A stretch of DNA of 64,000 nt from the NCBI RefSeq assembly GCF_018350175.1, contig NC_058368.1, positions 64,234,001 through 64,298,000 on the forward strand, written 5' to 3'. The notes under the pieces are model-generated. The model worked only from the letters and a program-made list of their open reading frames with translations, was not told the DNA's origin and did not search any database. The stretch comes from Felis catus (Eukaryota). A program made the translations under genes and the position numbers. Positions 1-12,132 of the stretch are shown here, piece by piece; the first letter of the stretch is position 1; each line of letters opens with the position of its first letter.

Positions 1-303
1 TCAACTACTGGTTTGCCTCCACCATTATCACCACATTAGAAAACCGAAATGTTAAACCATTGTCATTGAATGTTTCTGGCAAATACCCATGGGAAAAGGC
101 TATTTTTACCAAGAGAGCTAGGACACAGGTAAAATAAAGACAAGACCTCTGAGTGGGGGTTTTGAGGAAACTGCCAGGCCAAACAATGGTAATATTCAGA
201 GATTGGGGCTTTTAGGGAGCTCCAAACACATTGTGCCCCATCCAAGGAACCCTATCAATGAGTACTATGCTCTTGGTTTTTCACTATAATTTGAGGCTGT
301 TCG

Positions 304-521
304 TTTTTTTAATGTTTATTTGTTTTTGAGAGAGACAGAAAGAGAGAGACAGAGTACGAGTAGGGGAAGGGCAGAGAGAGAAGGAGACACAGAATCCAAA
401 GCAGGCTCCAGGGTCAGAGCTGTCAGCACAAAGCCTGATGCAGGGCTTGACCCTATGAACCATGAGATCATGACCTGAGCTGAAGTCAGACACTTTACTG
501 ACTGAACCACCCAGGTGCCCC
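304..521 (-). mobile_element. Can-SINE (SINEC_Fc-type)
   Basis: tRNA-like head GGGGCACCTGGGTGG on - strand, (CT)n tract, A-rich tail; degenerate TSD aggct(g/a)ttc(g/a)ttttt. Confidence 0.95.
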
Positions 522-1974
522 AAGGCTATTCATTTTTAAGGCTACCACAGAGCTTGAGCTAGGAGTATGTGAATAGGGCAAATTAAATGTCACAAAGTTC
601 ACTGAGATTCAGCATCTTTCCTCAACGGCAAATTGTTGAAATTCTTTAATTCCCAGAGTTCTGAAGAAGTTGATATTTTGGCAGCTTTCAATGTTTTCAT
701 TGGTTTTATGGGAGAGTAGATTTTCAGAAGTCTTTACCATTCTGGAAGCCAGAACTACCTTATGTAAATTTTTAAATTATGTTAAATTATATTCTCACAG
801 GTATTCAAAGTAGGTCAGCTACATCCTCCATCTATTAGAGAAGAATCCTGAAAGATGATGGATGGAACAATTATAACCTATTTTATAGTAGATGGCAACT
901 TGAGGAGGTAGAGCCTTAGCCTTCCTTTTGCAAAGAGTGATGGTAGAATGCTGAAAGAGAAAGGCGCAAGTTTTGTAATTGAATCTGAAGAGCAAGAGGA
1001 CAGAAGCTGACTAGGCATTTGTAGATGAATCTCTGTGTCTCACAGAGGTCTCTGCTGAAATTTTCAATCCAAATAGTTTGGTAAATTTGGGGTGACAGTT
1101 ATAAAATGGATTATGTGAAGCTTAGAGTATTTTGGACCCATCGCATCTTCAGCAGTGACCTTGTAGATGACAACCCCACCATCCTATAAAACGTGGACTT
1201 GTCAGAAAATATTGAATCAGTTCAGTTATTGATCTGACCCAACCTTTTGTGTTAAAATTTTTATAGAAATTATGAACATAATTTTATAGAAAGTATTTTT
1301 ATAGAAATCAAGATATAGAGTAGCATCAGAGAGAAGTTTTGTTTTAATTGCAAAGGGATTAAGATATTCTTAGCTTTTCAATTTTTTTCTGTGCAGGCCA
1401 TGATCATTAAAATAATTCACGATGATGTGAGAAAGAGCTTCTTGTCTTGGGGCACTGATGAGGTGAATTCACAATTATGGATCGTTTTAATTGAATTATA
1501 TCCTTAGAGCTTTAGTTTGGAGCTCAGAATCCACAATGTGTAATTTGCAAGTAATCAATGATATTTGTTTAAATGCTCTTGGGTAAAGATAACGTGAATA
1601 CAGAAACTTGCTTATTTCTACCATAAAATTGTTTGTTAAGGAAAATAATGGAGCATTGTAAATTAACTGTTAAAAATGTAACCTTGGTTTAATTTTAACA
1701 CCTTCATTTGATATTTACTGAGTATTTTTCGGAATAACATAGGTAATTTAGTTCAACTATTTGTGAAAATGTGAAAGTGACTTTGGAAGCAAGCATTCTT
1801 ATCTTTTGTATATTTTACAGTGCCACACATTTTTCATCTCTCATTGAAAAATGTTTTCTATATTTTTGGAATTAATATTTGCTTCTAATTGGCTTCCAAC
1901 CAAGGAAATGCCTAAATCCAGAACTGTTCCAAGTAACTGCATATTATATGCAATAGCTTACTATGTCAAAAAAA

Positions 1975-2480
1975 AATGAATAGAATTGTGCTGAAGTATA
2001 TAAAACTTATACATAGTAATATTAAGTGTTCAGTATAATAAATTCACAAATGTGTATTTGTAAGATCTAGCATACTTTTAAAGTTCCAAAAAGAATCTCT
2101 TTCACCCCCGTCTCAATCAATGGTGTCCAAAGTAGCCACTATTCTGATTTCTGTTACCACAGATTAATATTGCCTTCATATAAAAGGAGTCTAGTCTTCA
2201 TGTAAAAGGAGTCTAGTAGTTACTATTTTGGTTCTGTCTTTACCTCACTCACACTTATATCTGTATAATCCTTCTATGTAATTTATATACCAGTGGTTTT
2301 GTTCTTTTCCCTGTTGTGTAGCATTTTATTGAAAAAATATGGAAATTTTTAATTCATTCTATTACTGATGGACATACAGGTGTTTCTGTTGGAGTTGCTG
2401 GTCATAAGTTATATATGCATTTCACTTTACAAAATAACGTTACCATTTTTTCCCACAGTGGTTATACCAATTTAAGGTTC
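1975..2480 (-). mobile_element. Old L1 (L1ME-like) 3' fragment
   Basis: Degenerate antisense L1 3' motifs such as 'gccactattctgatttctgttaccacagatta', 'cattctattactgatggacat', 'cacagtggttataccaattta'. Confidence 0.6.
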
Positions 2481-5169
2481 CAGATCCAAATGCATGAAGA
2501 CCTCCTAAGAGTCAATGAAAAAAATGGACACCCAGTTTGGGAAACTAAAAAAGTAAAAAAATCTCGACAGGCATTCACAGTAGATACAAGATTTGAAAAC
2601 CAAGGATTAAATTAAATTTTGAAAAATACAAGAAAGAATCTCATTTGAGCCATATGTGTGAAAATAAATGGTTCTTTCACATTATCAGATAAAAAATAGA
2701 TGTGGGGTATGATGAGTGCTTAAATGAGGCTCTTCACTTGACACATGTTCCAAATTAGAATTTTTTTTACTCAGAACAAATGCTTGCAGCAATTTTATAT
2801 GTGGGTAGAATTGGAAAAAAATGTCCTAGGGGTATTGAATAGATTGTCTAAAGTACTTTATAAGATAAGGAGAAAATGAACGTGAACAGATATAAGCTAT
2901 AGAGACGAAGAACATTGCAAACATAAACAAACAAGAAGGTGACATCATCTGTAATTCTTCAGGTAATTGTATGTTTGCTATTTTTCATGTTTAGCAGAAC
3001 ATTAGGTTTGACCTAGAGATCTCACTCCTGTTATAGGTATGCCAAAATATTCCTAAGTAGGATCTTCTAGTCTCAAAGCCTCAGAATAAAGAAATTTATC
3101 ATTAAACACTTTGGATTCTACTATCAAATACCTGCATAAAAATTGCCCATCACTATCCAACAAAGTGGTTGCTTGCACCCTTTTTTGACTAACCACCCCT
3201 CACTATCAGGTGGGTTACAATAACCCCTCCTAATAATACAGGCTATGTACAAACTTTACTTTCTTTCTGAGTGCTATTACCTGTAATAATGAATTTATAT
3301 CATCACTTGATATATTTTTCTGTCTGTGAAATCTGTTTGGATACATTGAATTTGGGTTGAACACATAATTTTTCCCATTCTAATGTTAAAAGCATTTTGC
3401 TTTCATTTAATAGTTTCTGCTGGGTGACAATTTCAGAAATTAATTGAAATTGTTAAGTGAAAAATAGGTAAACAAGCAGGATGCCCCATATCTTAGCTAC
3501 TCAGCATATTTGGTTTGCTTATTTATTTCCCAAGCTCAACCTCAGACCCCTCCTTCCCTTTTCAGGGAAGCTGATTCCTAGACATATTTGAGTATATGAC
3601 ATAAGCCCTTCTTTTATGATTTCTGTCAAAAGATAGCTAAGACCTTTTTTACCCAAATTGGCAATATACCTGGAAAATACATGAGGCAAATTATTTCTGT
3701 GTTCATTTATATTTTCTTAGCACAGTTTCTTGTGGTATGTTTACTTTTATCCCATTTTTAAAAGATACTCAAATCCCCCTTAAATCAGAAAGAGTTCTTA
3801 ACCTTGCAGTCTTACTTTCAAAATAATGTGAGGGCAATTTTTTTTTTACTACATTACTCTGAAAAGTTCATATACCATTTTGGGGGGTTTATAGTTTGGT
3901 CTTATAGTTGATAGTTAAAATTGCCAAGGATTGAAGATGTAATATTCCAGAAAATATTATTATTTTATCTTTCATTGGAAAGTTTCTGTTCCTCCTTTTA
4001 TAGATTCTTTTATAGATTGAAAACAACAAAGATATATTGCAGAGCCCACAGTGTACCTACATGTGAGCATGGAAGTTTACAGATTAAGGCAAGATAGAGA
4101 GTAAGATGTAACACACAGACCAAATAGTTGAATTACTTCCATGGCTCAATATCTACTTTATTACTCAACATCCTGGTTAAACCATCTTCCCTCTTCTCAA
4201 CTCCAGTTATCACTAAAGTCTAGTCATATTACGCATGATGAGATTTCTTCCCTGAGATGACTGTTTCCATCCAACATGAATTCTTTCCATTTTTTTCCAT
4301 TTGAAAGTTTCAACCTACTTACCTATCCTGTACTTTGTCATCCCAATTTCAGAGTAAGATAGTACTTTCCTCTTTCTGAGGCTAATTCCTGCGTCTGACC
4401 TGCTTATTCCAATCCAGTAACTTTGCTCCATTGGTTATCCCTCTTGGGGTTATAGTTGTCACCTATTATGTTTCTTCCTTCACCTATTTTCTTGAAATTC
4501 TTCCATTCTAAACTTTCCAATAAAGAACACTATTGATTATATCTACTATATGCTGGACAATATGGTTATAGTAACATAAAAATAATAATAGCATATCCTT
4601 ATTGATTATTCATAATTTCCAGATACTTCTTGCTTCTACATGTATCAACAGTCATTTCATCCTGACAGTAACACTTCAAGGACAGCAGTATGCCTATCCT
4701 TGTTGGGCACTGAGAAAGGTGATGCTCAGCAAAACCAAGAGATTCAGTTCCACGCACAGAGGAGGCTGCAATGCTGACAGTTGACCATGAGCTCTATAGC
4801 CCATTCATTACTTTTACCATGACCTTATCTCCTTCTCACATCTGCCCTTCTGTGCAATGAAAAACAGCATATTCTATACTCACATCTTCGCTCTGTGATC
4901 ACATAAAACTTCCTAATAAAGTACACAATATGGTATTAATTTTCAGCATTCTAATGGAATTTGTTCCCCACATGTGGTCATAGACTGTCATGTTGACCCT
5001 TCTCAGACTTATTCTAGACAAATTTCTGTAGTGTCAGTTACTTAACTAAATCTATCTGCAGAAACATCTTTCTCCTTTGCATCTGCTGTCCAAACCTCTG
5101 GATCTCCTCTTGCCTCTTGAACTTTTGTCTCTCATTCCTCTGCTGTCATCTCTCTTTCTGTTGTCTTTT

Positions 5170-5392
5170 TTATTAAAAAATTTTTTTAAATGTTTATTTT
5201 ATTTTTGAGAGAGACAGAGACAGAATGCAAGTGGGTTAGGGGCAGAGAGAGAGGGAGACACAGAATCCGAAGCAGGCTCCAGGCTCTGAGCTGTCAGCAC
5301 AGAGCCTGATGCAGGGCTTGAACTCACGAGCTGTGAGATCATGACCTAAGCTGAAGTTGGACGCTCAACTGACTGAGCCACCCAGGTGCCCC
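5170..5392 (-). mobile_element. Can-SINE (SINEC_Fc-type)
   Basis: Full head/body/tail; TSD tctttctgttgtctttt on both sides. Confidence 0.96.
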
Positions 5393-5856
5393 AATCTTTC
5401 TGTTGTCTTTTAATATCATTGTTACTTAAGTCTCTATCCCAAGATCACTTATTTTCTAGACATACAAATATTTCCTGATCAACTTTAACACTCAAAAGTC
5501 TGAAAGCCATATCTGTGCAGATTGATTCTGGTGTACATCTGCAGTATGAAATATATATTAAAAAATCCTTCTAAGGTTATCATTTCCACATGGAGCTCTA
5601 ACAGATGCTCATAATCACAGTCATCAAATTCTCTTGATCTTGCCTTTTTATTGTTTTCTTTCTAGAACCTACTTTCCAGTACCATTGGCACTTCTATCAC
5701 ATGATCTTCATAATCTCTCACCAATACTGTTGTAAGCACCTCCTTGGTAAACTCTATCCAAGGCCAGGCTTGCAATTGTACCTCTGTTTAAATCCTTTTA
5801 TTAATGATTCCTTCTTTTGGACTTTGATTGACTCTCTAAAAATGCATGCATATGCA

Positions 5857-5904
<48 letters not shown>
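5857..5904. repeat. Compound microsatellite (GT)11(GA)13
   Basis: Read directly. Confidence 0.97.
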
Positions 5905-5905
<1 letters not shown>

Positions 5906-6115
5906 CAAGATCATGAGACCTGAAAGGCAAATGGGTCAGGTAATATTGGAATTGAAGACATGCATATTTTACAAATGTTAAATAACAATTGTAAAGGACA
6001 GAACAAGAGAAAATGGTACATCTGAAGCCAAAAAAAAAAATGTTGTCATACAAAGATTTAGTTAAAGGGTTGGCATGAAATGAGAGTGAGAAGGCAAGGG
6101 GGGGGGGAACTAATC

Positions 6116-6318
6116 TTTTTTTTTTTAAGTTTATTTATTTTGAGAGAGAGAGAGAGCATGGGGAAGGGACACACGGGGGGGGGGGGGGAAGAGACATAAT
6201 CCCAAGCAGGTTTCACACTGCCAGCACAGAGACTGATGTGAGGCTCAAACTCCTGAATCGTGAGATCATGACCTGAGCTGAGATTAAATGCTCTCAACTG
6301 AGGCACTCAGGCGCTCCC
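6116..6318 (-). mobile_element. Can-SINE with an internal poly-G/poly-C run
   Basis: Head ...ctcaggcgctccc, body and tail present. Confidence 0.92.
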
Positions 6319-6405
6319 TTTAAAAAAAAAAGTTTATTTTGAGCAAGAGAGAAAAAGAGCACATGTGCAAGCAGGGGAGGGACAGAGAGAAAGGGAGAGA
6401 GAATC
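6319..6405 (-). mobile_element. 5'-truncated Can-SINE (3' third only)
   Basis: agtttattttgag...ggggagggacagagagaaagggagagagaatc, then an abrupt end. Confidence 0.85.
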
Positions 6406-8595
6406 AGGAGGGGCCTAATCTTACAAATACTATGAATAATAATACCTTTGGACTATATCTATAGAGGGGTTGGGAGCTATTTATATGCTTTAGGTTATGA
6501 GTGTGTTATATTTGCACCAGCTATAGATCACACTGGCTGTAGTGAACTGATTTGGCAAAATTACTTAAGCAGTGGCTTGGGATTTGTGTTGAAAGTGGGT
6601 CCAAGGACACCAATCAGAACGCTATTGTTAGAGTCTAGTTGAAAAATCAAGGTACCTGAAAGAGAGAAACCATTGGAGAATTGGAAAAACATATAGGTAA
6701 TTTATTTAGGAGGTAGAAGCCATATAACAAGGTGATCAGCCAAAAAAAGAGGACTTTCCACTTATATGGACTAGCTAAGCTATAGACTGACAGCTTTTAA
6801 AGTGTAAAATATGAGATTTGAAGAAAAGAGAAATAATGCAGGATTAATTTTGTCTTACATTTTAGGCATGTAAACTATGACCACTCCCAAACATATGTAA
6901 ATAATGACAGACTAAACACCAGGTAATAGAAATTGTGTTCCTTTTAGTCCTAAGCATTTCTGTTTACCCACGGTGAGACTTCTTGAATTTGAATGTAAGT
7001 TCTTATTAACTGCATGCCAAGAAAGGTCTACTCAAAAATGAGACTTGTCATGTTTTGCTAAAATCCTGAACTGGCCTTTCTGCATCTTCCATGAATTGTT
7101 TTGTCTCTCAGACTCTAACTTAAGGATAGTAAGTCATTGATAGTTGGACAGGCTTTCCTTTCCAGTAATAATAGATAAGTAAAATTTGCTCTGAAAAAAA
7201 AGAAGTCCCCCAAGTATCTTTCAAGCAGTCAGAATTTAAAGAGGAAAATTGGTGTTTGCCGTTTAATAGTTTGTAATTTAAATGACAAGGGTCAACAATT
7301 TAGCTGAGTTAATTGGAACTGAGCAACAGTTGTGTCATGTTGTTTTTCTCAGGCTAAAGGATAATTGAAGGATAAGAAAACTGTAGACTTGACCTCAGTA
7401 TTCTAACTAATAATTCATTATGCACTCCTATTTATAAAATGCATTTTATCTACATAAGGAAATAGAAGTTTCTGAGGCTGGATAAATAACATTTTGCTGT
7501 TAGATGTCTATTTATATTCAGAGTTGGACATTTTCTTCCAGTGCCCTGATTTTAGGAGAAAGAGATCATATTTGTCTTGGTTTATTCATTTATTCCTTAC
7601 ATTAAAAAATTGTATATATCATCTATGGTGTGTCTGGTATTGGGCTAGCTATTGAAATATGGAACTGAATATGATAAAGTCCCTGACTTCAAAGGGTCCT
7701 TCTTCCAGCTAGCAAAGTGTGTCACGTAGAAATGTATTTGGCTGCGAACTGTGACAGAAACCTGGCTATGGTGGCTTCAGTAATGAAGAGGTCAGAGTTG
7801 GCAAACCACATCCAGTATAGTGACTTTATGATAGCATCACAGAACAAGTATTTTCTTCCTTCTATTCTTTTTTCTTTCATATATGTCTCTTTCTGATAGT
7901 TAAAGATGGTAATTTCATCTACCCACATTGTTTCTATGATTCAGTGGAGATGGGAAAAAGAGTGCCCAAAGGCATGCAATTGCTAAGAATTCTCTTTCCC
8001 TATAATCATGCCCAGCAGACTTCTGATCACATCTCACTGGCACAGTCCATCAGGTTATTTGAAACTCTTTGCATACCAAATCCTGGGATATCAATATTTT
8101 TAGCACATTGCTGCTATGTAATGTAACAAGATTTTGTAAATTAGGAGATAAGAAATAGTAAATATCTATTGGCAACTAGCCGTTTTTACCATAATAGATT
8201 TACTCCCCAAACAGCAACAACAACAACAATTACAGTGCTGTGAAATAAGTGATATAGAGAGGTGGTACACAAATTATGGAAATTCAGAGAGAAATATTGA
8301 TGGCAATTACTTCAAATAAGTTTTCCAAAAAGCTTGTGATGAATTAGATCATTTAGCAGTTTTTTAGGTAGACAATAGTGAAGAATATCAATCCATGAAG
8401 GGGATTCAAAATAAAAGCATCAAGGTAACAAAGAACCTTATCCAATCAACAAAACCCAAGAATATTGGTGTAGTTAAAGGAAAAGCTAATCAAGGGATGA
8501 TAATAGGAGATAAGTATCTATGTACACAATGCTAAATACTGTGAAATTTATTTTAAGGACAGTGGGAAATATTTGATGTCTTGTATCAAAGACAG

Positions 8596-8995
8596 GTGAT
8601 GGTCAAAGGAACAGATGAAGATCTAAGTACAAATAATCTTTTCAGGGGGGCCTGGGTGGCTCAGTCAGTGAAGTGTCTCACTCTTGATTTTGGCTCAGAT
8701 CATGAGCCCATGGTTCCTGAGTTCAAGCCCCACACTGGGCTCTGGGCTCACAGCATGGAGCCTGCTTGGAATTTTCTCTCCCTCTTTCTCTGCCCCTCCT
8801 TTTCTTGCACGCTCTCTCTCTCAAAATTAAATAAACTTTAAAAAGTAGTTTTCTGACTATTAATAGAAAAGAGAATTCTTTGAGAACAAGAAGGGTATGT
8901 TCAGGAGTGCCAGATGCTAAGTTGAATAAGACCTGGATAGAAACTGTTCATTTAATTTGAATATTATATAATTATTAGTGATCCATGGGCGAACT
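8596..8995 (+). repeat. Inverted duplication, copy A
   Basis: Reverse complement of 11735-12132; about 9 substitutions and one 2-nt indel counted by eye. Confidence 0.97.
8645..8844 (+). mobile_element. Can-SINE (older subfamily), inside duplication copy A
   Basis: GGGGGGCCTGGGTGGCTCAGTC head, CT tract, AATAAA tail. Confidence 0.95.
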
Positions 8996-10137
8996 GATAT
9001 AGTAAAGCTAAGCAGGAAATAGGCATATAAAGAAAAAGAGATATAAAGAACGAACAGATAAGAAAGTGGATATCACATATTGTAGAAACTTGGAAGGAAC
9101 AGTTAGGAGGAGAGGAAGAAGAACAGATTTGATAGGTAGCAGTTGATCATAGAATTGTAACAGGGTTATTTGTGTGTGTGGTATATGTACATATGCACAT
9201 GTATTTATGTGTGTATGTAGTATTGTGAGAAATTTGAGAATATTGTATGCTGAGGAGATTGCCAGTGGAGAAAACAATGTACCTTCAGGTAGGGCAGGTA
9301 TGATTTGCAGAAGACTATCCCTGATAATTAGAGGGGTGGGAGGCGGTGGTTTTACATACGAGCATTCACACCTATTTCCATTATAGGTATCACAAAAGTC
9401 ATTTTTGAATCACTGATTATGAATTTGCTAATTTCAACTGCCTATCATCAAAATATTTGGTCTATAACCACCATTTCATATATCCATAACTAAATGGATA
9501 AAGCACTTACTGGTAAATGCGTAATTAACAAAACTTTACCATTGGGAAATGGCTATGTGGCAGTATTTAAATTTTATGTCAAATATTGTATTGACATTAT
9601 CTTTTCTTTATGGATATCTTCACTCTCTTCAGGAAGTAATGATGAATACATGAAGGATAAGAAGATTTTATATTTCAGTTTTAAATAATGACATTTATTT
9701 AAGTGTCCATGGGTTATTTTACCATATTCTGGTTTATTTTTTATGTTATTTTTTTATTATCACAAAGTTTTGCTTGATTTTTATCACCAATGTTTGCTGA
9801 AAGTTTAACCTGCATCTCTGTTTTGAACTGGTATTGAAAGGGGATATCAGTCTCTACGTATATTCCTTATAACTATTGTGACAGTTTTATTTATACATAT
9901 TTAAATGATACATACTTATTTGCTATTAAATATTTTTATAAGTAGTACTAAAGAAAATGTCTATTTGTGAGTCAGCTTATTTCAAACACGACTTTATCAG
10001 TCAATTGATATGACTTCCCTTCCACATGTTAAGCCTAGTCATTAGTCTTGATACAACACATACAATTTAATACAGAGCAAGGGAGTTGTGAGTGGAGTAA
10101 AGAACTTATTTTTATCTTATGACCTGAACATGCCTTT

Positions 10138-10285
10138 TTTAAACAAACAAAAACTTATTTATTTATTTTGAGAGAGAGAGAGAGAGCAGGCAGGGGAGGG
10201 GCAGCGAGAGAGCGAGACAGAACTCACAAACCTTGAGATCATGACCTGAGCCAAACGCTTAACTGACTGAGCTACCCAGGTGCCC
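10138..10285 (-). mobile_element. Internally deleted Can-SINE
   Basis: 18-nt TSD tgacctga(a/g)catgccttt at 10120-10137 and 10286-10303; central body missing. Confidence 0.92.
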
Positions 10286-11177
10286 TGACCTGAGCATGCC
10301 TTTAAAGTCAACTATTTCAGTGTGAAATATTAGGGAAATGTGAAGAGATTCTCTGGAAATACAATGTAAAAGTAATCCTAAATGAAATCTCTACATTGGT
10401 GGTAAACCTCTAAAATACAATTCTTGGACATGAAATTATTTTCATTACTACGTTTGGACAGAGAAATAGAAGTCATTGTTAAGATCGATGCTAAACATGC
10501 TTTAATAAGTGGTCAGTATAAGGCAGTATTAAGAAAAAACATTTGTCTAAAGAAGTATGGAACAACCAAGAAAGCAATATAGGGCTTCCTTTTAAGAGGC
10601 CAATTAGTATAACATTTGTTTCACTCTTCTGATAAAAACTAAAGGTAATGTAAAAAACAGCTCTTCTCTCAAATGTTTAGTATTTGGCTCTGGAGTGATT
10701 GTTTATAATTATATCGGATCCCATGGAAAAGCCGGAACACGATGAGGTATTTGTGTGTGTTTGTTTTATTTTTGGCAACATAAATCATCAGTCTCCGCCT
10801 TTTTCTCAAGTAGTCCTTGACCCAGAAAATGAGCTGGAAATAATAATAAGATTTAGTTATTTCCTAATGTGAAAATGAATGACTGGAGGAAATGGGGCAT
10901 CCCCCGTCTTGCTCCTTTCCCTGCTCTGACACATCGACAGATATACTGAGGAACTCTCCACATCAGGGCCTGATTTCCTGCTCCACGGTGAGGTTCGCTA
11001 GGGCCAGGGCGTCAGCCCTTTCGTAAGTGCGCATGCGTGTGAACACACGCAGGTGCACACGTGTGCTCACACAGAACCTGTAGATCTTCACTGGACATGC
11101 TCTTTCTTTTTCCAGCTTGGACTTCCGTGCGACTCTTACGCACAAAATCACTATTATGTACAAAAATATATGTTCTA

Positions 11178-11388
11178 GGGGCGCCTGGGTGGTTCAGTTG
11201 GTTAAGGGTCCGACTTTGGCTCAGGTCATGATCTCACAGTTTGTGAGTTCCAGCCCCATATCCGGCTCTGTGCTGACAGCTCGGAGCCTGGAGCGTGCTT
11301 CGAATTCTGTGTCTCATTCTCTCTCTGGCCCTCCCCCACTGTCTCTCTCTGTCTCTTAAAAATAGATAAATGTAAAAAGAAATTTTTT
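11178..11388 (+). mobile_element. Can-SINE (SINEC_Fc-type)
   Basis: Perfect 15-nt TSD aaaatatatgttcta (11163-11177, 11389-11403). Confidence 0.97.
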
Positions 11389-11734
11389 AAAATATATGTT
11401 CTAATGTTTACCTTATTATGTCTTAAATACTATATTTTCTTTCTATGTTAAGTAATGCATGTTTATGTATGTGTACATATAGATGTATTTGTAATCTTGT
11501 TAAAATTACATTTTAAATGACTTTACTAAACAAGAAAACATAGGAGAACATGGAGATTTGAAATTTATCTAGTTGACTTAGGCATCTTTTCCTTATGATA
11601 TCCAGCTCTGGGTTTATGTTAACAATGCCTTTGCCTCATCCAAGATGATGTAAGTATCAACTTGTATTTTAATGCATTTTGATTGTATTTTTAACATTCA
11701 GCTTTTCAATTCATGTGGAAATTACTGTGGCAAG

Positions 11735-12132
11735 AGTTCCCCCATGGATCACTAATGATTATATAATATTCAAATTAAATGAACAGTTTCTATCCAGGTC
11801 TTATTCAACTTAGCATCTGGCACTCCTGAACACATCCTTCTTGTTCTCAAAGAATTCTTTTCTATTAATAGTCAGAAAACTACTTTTTAAAGTTTATTTA
11901 ATTTTGAGAGAGAGAGCGTGCAAGAAAAGGAGGGGCAGAGAAAGAGGGAGAGAAAATTCCAAGCAGGCTCCATGCTGTGAGCCCAGAGCCCAGTGTGGGG
12001 CTTGAACTCAGGAACCATGGGCTCATGATCTGAGCCAAAATCAAGAGTGAGACACTTCACTGATTGAGCCACCCAGGCCTCCCTCAGAAGATTATTTGTA
12101 CTTAGATCTTCATCTATTCCTTTGACCATCAC
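11735..12132 (-). repeat. Inverted duplication, copy B
   Basis: Reverse complement of 8596-8995; ORF track shows near-identical peptides at 8581..8841(+) and 11887..12132(-). Confidence 0.97.
11884..12083 (-). mobile_element. Can-SINE inside duplication copy B
   Basis: Same diagnostic mutations as the SINE at 8645-8844. Confidence 0.95.

Larger units (their letters stand above)
8230..9150 (-). mobile_element. Degraded L2 fragment hosting the SINE at 8645 (donor locus of the inverted duplication)
   Basis: Purine-rich, L2-like motifs continue across both sides of the SINE; recognised from memory, boundaries approximate. Confidence 0.5.

Noticed and set aside
284..523. Recurrent ORFs with GAWVAQSVK / GHDLMV / LSLSLS peptides throughout the track
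   Set aside because: Translations of Can-SINE bodies, not a protein family.
2180..2217. Short direct repeat taaaaggagtctagt x2
   Set aside because: Local slippage duplication inside an old L1 remnant; no further structure.
2950..2968. ttcttcAG|GTAATT recursive-site-like motif
   Set aside because: Short pyrimidine tract and weak donor; expected by chance in 64 kb.
8645..8730. tRNA-like A/B boxes in SINE heads
   Set aside because: tRNA-derived SINE promoters; no complete cloverleaf tRNA gene.
8596..12132. Long inverted repeats as termini of a ~3.5-kb DNA or foldback transposon
   Set aside because: The repeats are SINE plus L2-like flank, copy A is continuous with its surroundings, there is no outer TSD and no transposase ORF.
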